From: Hydrolagus colliei
Lineage: Eukaryota
Reading direction: 5' to 3'
Assembly (NCBI GenBank): GCA_035084275.1
Contig: CM068743.1
Coordinates: 101,494,001 to 101,558,000 of the forward strand
Length of the DNA: 64,000 nucleotides
Every line of letters starts with the position of its first letter. Position 1 is the first letter of the stretch. Positions 58,377-64,000 of the stretch are shown here, piece after piece. The notes under the pieces are model-generated. The model was given only the letters and a program-made list of their open reading frames with translations, made no database searches and was not told the DNA's origin. Position numbers and translations under genes: made by a program.

Positions 58377-61125
58377 AGGAATTGATTTATATGCACCACA
58401 TTTTTCACTTGTTATGTATGTTCAATGATTTAAGAACTACAAGAACAATACAAATACCAATTTACATTTATATAGCATCTTACACACTGGGAGGATATCC
58501 CAAGGCATTCAACAAACTTGAGCTGGGGTTAGGAGTTGAGAGGGTTGGGGAGGAGAAGGATAACTGAAAGTGGGGTCAAAGAGGTACAACAGCAACATTT
58601 ATATAGCTCCCTTAACATAGTAATAGTGTCTTGAAGTGCTGCACAATGGCAGCGTTGGTCAATGTGCAAGAGAGCGGAGGGAGGGGGAGGTGACATATAG
58701 ACTAGTCAAAGAGGTAAGTCTTAAGGATGAATTTAATGATACATAAAGACGGGGTGAGGCAGATTAGATACAGTGAGTTCCAGAGGTTACGGTTGAAGGG
58801 ACCGAAGGTGTATACAGTACTTGCTTCCAAAAACTTTGCCTTGTTTCTCCTCTATGTTTTACACACTTAATTTAGTGTTGCAGACCTGATGTGCTATTTG
58901 AGAAATAATTCTTGAAACGAAATGCAGCATGAACTATAAATGGCGACTTTTCTAATTAAAGCAGCTCATTTTGTTGGATGCGAATACTGTAACGGAGGGT
59001 GGTGAGAGGGATGCTTTTGTTTCACTAAGAGCATTAATTTCAGCACTCATTAGCTCAACACGTGTAATGATGCAGTGTTGTAGAGATACTGTTTAAGAAG
59101 GGAAAGACTCAGTTAAAGAATAATCAATTTTAAATGGCCAATACAAAACAATTTAGAGGAAGAAGTCCAGGCTACCGATGAAAGTTAATCAAGCTTCATC
59201 TGAATGCAATGCTCATAAAGTAGCAGAATAAAGAATTATACTATGTACCAGAAAACTCAGTAACAATTTTGTCAACTGCCTTACATTTATATTTTTTGAC
59301 AGTGCCACAAGCTAGGAATTTGAATTGACTGATCCAGTGTTCCTAATCTATGCGGTTGTTTGAGGTTGTCTAATAGAGTATAATCCTTGTCTGTGACCTG
59401 AACAACAAGAATTATTGACCATAAAAATTCAGAACCTTGTTGAAAATCACCTTTCAGTGGCCATTGGCAAAACAAACTTTCAACCTCATAAATATTGCTA
59501 CTCCTGCAGGTCTCCAACTCTCAAAATCTGATTGAGTACCAATGAACTACTCCTAAAATCAAGAACACACAGTCAAAGGAGTTGCTGATTATTACATTTT
59601 CTAGAGACTATAGAAGAGTGTAAAAGTATGTCCCAGGAAAGAGTGTAAATAGGAATTTCTCATCATATTGACTATTAAGATCTGTTTTAGCCCACCGTTT
59701 GGCTAAATCTGCATTCTTGACGAGCTGATGAGATTTTCTCCTCCCTTTTGATTGAGATTGGCATTCATTTGAGGGAAATCTGCAGATTTGGGGCTTCTTT
59801 GCCAGATTGCAGCCTGTAGCTGAGGGAGAAGCTAACGAAGGGAGGGGATTTCAACCACAAATCTATCACTATTTATAGGACAAAACATGAGCCGAAAATT
59901 AAATCTGAAGTACATTATTGCTGAATGAATTTCCAAAGAATTATTTTTCTTCCCACAGAAGCTAGTACAGTAATTGGTAACAGGTAAAATTTCTATCCCA
60001 AGATCTGAGCAATGTGGAGCGCAATGTATATTTTACATTTCTCATCCCATTGCATTAGGACCATGAGAAAGAAGCTGCATTTTTATAACACCCTGTGTTG
60101 AAAGTTTCTAAGAACTTTGCCTGCAAAAGTAATAATCAAACTAGACAATAATTATCTGCAAATGTGGCAGCCATTTGCACCAGCAAAGGGCCATGAACAA
60201 CCATAACCAACTTACTTGCAGGCTTTCTGGCTAGTACACTAGGAAAAATTCTCTTCTCTTTTCAAATAGCAATATGGAATTTTTAACATTCACTAGAACA
60301 GATAGACGGGAGAAAAGGGATTCTAGATTAGAATTTCGACAGTGGCTTATGCTCGAAGGAACTGGGGATGGAAAGGAAAGTCAGTCAGTCGCAAGCAAAC
60401 CATATGCAGCCACAGCAGTTTGCCATGGCATTGAACAGGATTGCCACAGCACGATGCCCATCTCATGACAAAGATCTGGCACCACGGTGATCCAACAAAT
60501 GATACCTTGGTGACTTTAGAGAGCATTGTGGAGGCTTAGAGGACATAAAGCTTGCATGACATAGTTGCCAGAGTCTTTTTGCACTGTTCTTATAATTCAA
60601 AGGTCATGTCTAACACTTGTCTAGAACAGGCAAAAGGATTCTAGGACATCTTGTTGATTGTTTTGCTCTGGCATAAGTGCAGCAGGCCAGTGTTGCTGGG
60701 ATTAATACCAAACTGCGAACAATGTAATTAACCACTAGATTTGCGCTGGAGCTTGGACTTGATAAAGCAACAACTTGCAAAATTGTTTTTTTTCACTCAT
60801 CTGACTTGGCATCATGTACATCTGGAACAGGTAGGACTTAACTGGGACAATACATTGTATGAGCTTTGCCAGATGGGGTGGTATTTCTAAATATCAGCAG
60901 ACGTGTTGGTGTAAGAGCCATTTCATTATAAAACTAATATAACTTTGTACTGGAGCTGTTGATGTCCAGCTGGAAACATTGCTTTACAGTATGTTCTTTA
61001 CAGTATGGAGAAGAATTGGAAGCACTAGCAGTCTCTTTATTCAGGAGAAATGAACATTTGTTGTGTGGAACGATGACATGGGACCTACACTATTCAACTG
61101 AAACACATTAAAGTAATGAGTCTTG

Positions 61126-61573
61126 ACTTTATTGGGATGCCTTTGCTTCCAGTTTTCTGATACATTTGTAGTCTATTTTGTTGTTGTACATGTAGCAGAA
61201 GCAATTGGAAGCCCCTATTCTATTTGTAGTTTTTAGCTTGCAAGTAACAAAATTGCCATTGACAGGTCTATACACCAGGGGCTCTGTCAGCTTGTACAGC
61301 AACTTTTCTTTTTCCACTGAGATGATGATAGACAGATTGAATCTGCTGTACTTTATTGGGGTGCCTTTACTTCCAGTCTTCTGATACATTTCTAGTCTAT
61401 TTTGTTGTTGTACATGTAGCAGAAGCAATTGGAAGCTCCTATGCTATTTGTAGTTTTTAGCTTACAAGTAACAAAATTGCCATCGACAGGTCCACACAAC
61501 ACGGGCTCTGACAGCTTGTACAGCAGCTTTTCTTTTTCCACTGAGACGATGATAGACAGATTGAATCTGCTGT
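61126..61573. repeat. 2 x 224-bp tandem duplication
   Basis: Units start at 61126 and 61350 (actttattggg...gattgaatctgctgt), with about 15 substitutions counted by eye and no indels. Confidence 0.95.
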
Positions 61574-62017
61574 AATTGTATAATGCATGTTGTTTGGAAC
61601 AGTTTGAATAGCATGATCATCATATCTATATTTCTAGAGGAAGATCCTGCTATTGAAGCCATTCAAGTCTGAACATGCTATGAAACCACAAAGAATTCCA
61701 TCAGCTTGCTATTTATGAAATCAGATGTAAAGCGGAACCGTTGGACTGAGCCCAGCCCTTTCAGCATGGTTTTAAAATTGATGTTGAATAGATTTGGGGA
61801 AATATCATAGTGAAAGTCGTTCATTTCATTTTAACAATACATTTACAAGATCAGGTAAATTATGACTATTGGATTTAATTCCTATTTAAAAGCTTGTGTT
61901 GTTAAAAAGAACTTCTAATGACATAGTGGAAATCCTCTTTCTCGTACCTCAGTGATGAAGTTTTGTTGTTCCATTGATTTTTATGTGTGTCTCTCGTGCC
62001 CTACCTGAGGTTTTATT

Positions 62018-62323
62018 GGAGTCCTGTAGTTCAGCAGTTAGAGCACTTGCCTTACAAGCAAAATACCTGGGTTCAATTCCAAGCAGGGCGAAACCTTGGG
62101 CAAGTTTCCTTACTCCACATGCCTAATAATAATCCCTCAACAAAGAAACAATAACAAATTAATTGTTTCAATCCATGACTGTTTGTGGGACACTGCTGTG
62201 TGCAATTGGCTGTCGCGTTTCACCCATAAATATATAGTCAATTCATTTTACAGTATTGCTGTGAAGTGCTTTGAAACGTCTAGAAGACGTAAAAAGCGCT
62301 GTTTCAAAATGCAAAGATTATAA
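62018..62323 (+). mobile_element. tRNA-derived SINE, short form, full length
   Basis: ggagtcctgtagttcagcagttagagc...gggttcaattcc, body, tail aaatgcaaagattat. Confidence 0.9.
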
Positions 62324-62666
62324 TTGTAAAGTATACACATTGCTCACTTATTCAGCAGATTTCTAACAGAACTATAAGAGATGTACTAGTATGCAGTAAG
62401 ACTACTATCCTCTCATCAGACTAACACTTGGTTTTCTCTTAAGCAAATAACCCATGTGAATCAGTCTTCTAAAAGTTTTTAAAAAAGTCCCAAGTTTAAA
62501 TAACTGCAGGACTGCAACATGCCCATCAATTCTGCCTTTTAACAATTGTTGGTATTGGAGAGCTATCTGCTACTATTTGAGCTTTGATGTGATTTTCTGA
62601 AAGTTCTAAATGGCTAAAAAAAACAAGAGTGACTCAGTAACCACAACCTACAATCAAATGTTAATA

Positions 62667-63596
62667 CAGGTAGACCCCGCTTACCGAATGACCGGTCAAC
62701 GAAACTTCATTATAACAAGGGTTTCTATTTGTACCACTTCTCCGCTTAACAAAGGCTGCTTTCACTATAACAAATGTTTACACACACTTTAAATCTCGCG
62801 GGCTTCTCGTGCGCAGCTTCTTATGCGCAGCTTCTCTCTGGTTGCTCCAGCAACGCACACTCAGTCTTTAGCGTGCCTCAGTTAAGCAGTGCAGTGCAGC
62901 CCCTCCCATATGGGAGGAGCTTAAGCGGCAGGATGCTTCGTGGCTTCAATAATAGTAAGTCAAGATATGGGGGGAGGGGGGGGGAATAGAGTGATAGAGA
63001 GGAGGGGGGATAGAGAGATGGGAGGGAAGGGGGATAGAGGGGAGGGGGGATAGAGGGGAGGGATAGAGAAATAGAATGGAGGGGGGGATAGATAGAGAGA
63101 TGGAGGGGATAGAGAGGAGGGCGGGATAGAGAGAGAGGGGAGGGGAGGATAGAGAGGATTGGGGCCGAGTAGAGAGAAAGAGAGGAGGGGAGGGGGGGTA
63201 GAGAGAAAGAGGGGAGGGTGGGGGGAGGTAGAGAGAAAGTGAGGAGTGGGAGGAAGAAACATGTCAGGAAATGCCTGGGCCCAGGTTGCGATATTTCAGT
63301 GCGGTGACTGTGAAGACCTGGCCTGGCACAGGTAGGATTGGCATTTTTATTCCTGCAATTTTTGTCACATTCCGGATTCCGGACCTCCGGACTTTTGGCT
63401 GCTCAACCTGTACACCGAAAATGGTAGCGCTAGGAACTGCTGGGAACTAAACTGATTTTAGTGGGGAGGCTCGGGTCAGGGCGACATTTTGGCTGCGGCC
63501 AAATACAGTAATACTGTTAAACTCTCGCTTAATGAAATTTTCGCTTAATGAAGGGTTTTAAAGTCCCTAACCCCTTCGTTAAGCGGGGTCTACCTA
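62667..63596. mobile_element. large pogo/Tigger-like MITE, family B copy 2 (uninterrupted, 930 bp)
   Basis: TIRs caggtagaccccgcttaccgaa / ttcgttaagcggggtctaccta, TA at 62665-66 and 63597-98. Subterminal cgcttaacgaa-like repeats, internal purine tract 62968-63260, no transposase ORF. Confidence 0.93.
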
Positions 63597-64000
63597 TAAT
63601 AGATTCTTATTCCATTTATAATGTGCCAGAAATGAAATGTAGAAGAAACATTAAAGAACTTATCTGTTCAAATCAGCACGATATATCAATTGTCTGCTGC
63701 AGTGTCGTCCATTATTACTTAATCTGCGTGAATTATTCAAAAGTATAGTTTGTATATTTATGGAAATGATTGAATACACCAGTTATTCACAGCAGTTGAT
63801 CTTTTTCCATCAGTAGAAATAAAAGATGAGTTTGTATTTCCACTCAAGTCTTTAACAGAGGACAGACAATCTGCATTAATCTATCGTGCTGTGCTGGAGA
63901 TAAACCCAAGTCAAAGGTATTCTAACTAACCCACTGAAACACTGCTACTTGTTGACACAATATTTGTATTATGAAATGAACCAATAGTTTCATCCACTTC

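Noticed and set aside
60880-60980. Minus-strand FQLDINS word resembling the start of an APE endonuclease
   Set aside because: Downstream motifs (QET, GDFN, SDH) could not be found, so the evidence is insufficient to call a LINE.
1-64000. Prokaryotic systems (operons, CRISPR arrays, retrons, DGRs) suggested by the RT ORFs
   Set aside because: The RTs are CR1/L2 non-LTR types with vertebrate-style tails, coding density is very low, and the recurring motifs are dispersed SINE/LINE 3' ends.

Overview
Eukaryotic, non-coding-dominated genomic DNA. The repeat mix suggests a cartilaginous fish, possibly a chimaera; this is an inference, not a database match. No host protein-coding gene could be identified, and the window looks like a large intron or intergenic region with a few candidate small exons (best: an 18-nt microexon at 9261-9278). 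A large part of it is transposon-derived. (1) A young 5'-truncated CR1 LINE with an uninterrupted RT frame (46440-48009) is nested in a TA-flanked Tc1/mariner (pogo/Tigger-like) MITE, and an uninterrupted sister MITE lies at 62667-63596. (2) A second, short Tigger-like MITE family has two copies. (3) There is a young L2 LINE fragment (16472-17760) plus many older L2 pieces with two distinct 3' ends. (4) A tRNA-derived SINE with an L2-like tail occurs in long, short and older Deu-domain-like forms. (5) Penelope-like element remnants include a GIY-YIG C-terminus and three pLTR copies carrying minimal type I hammerhead ribozyme motifs. Structural oddities are a perfect 19-bp hairpin (3772-3812), a 15-bp inverted duplication inside a CR1 relic, a 2x224-bp tandem duplication and a G-quadruplex-prone purine tract at the window start. 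Nearly all ORFs in the supplied track are TE-derived or spurious. Boundaries of old repeats are approximate and were read by eye.
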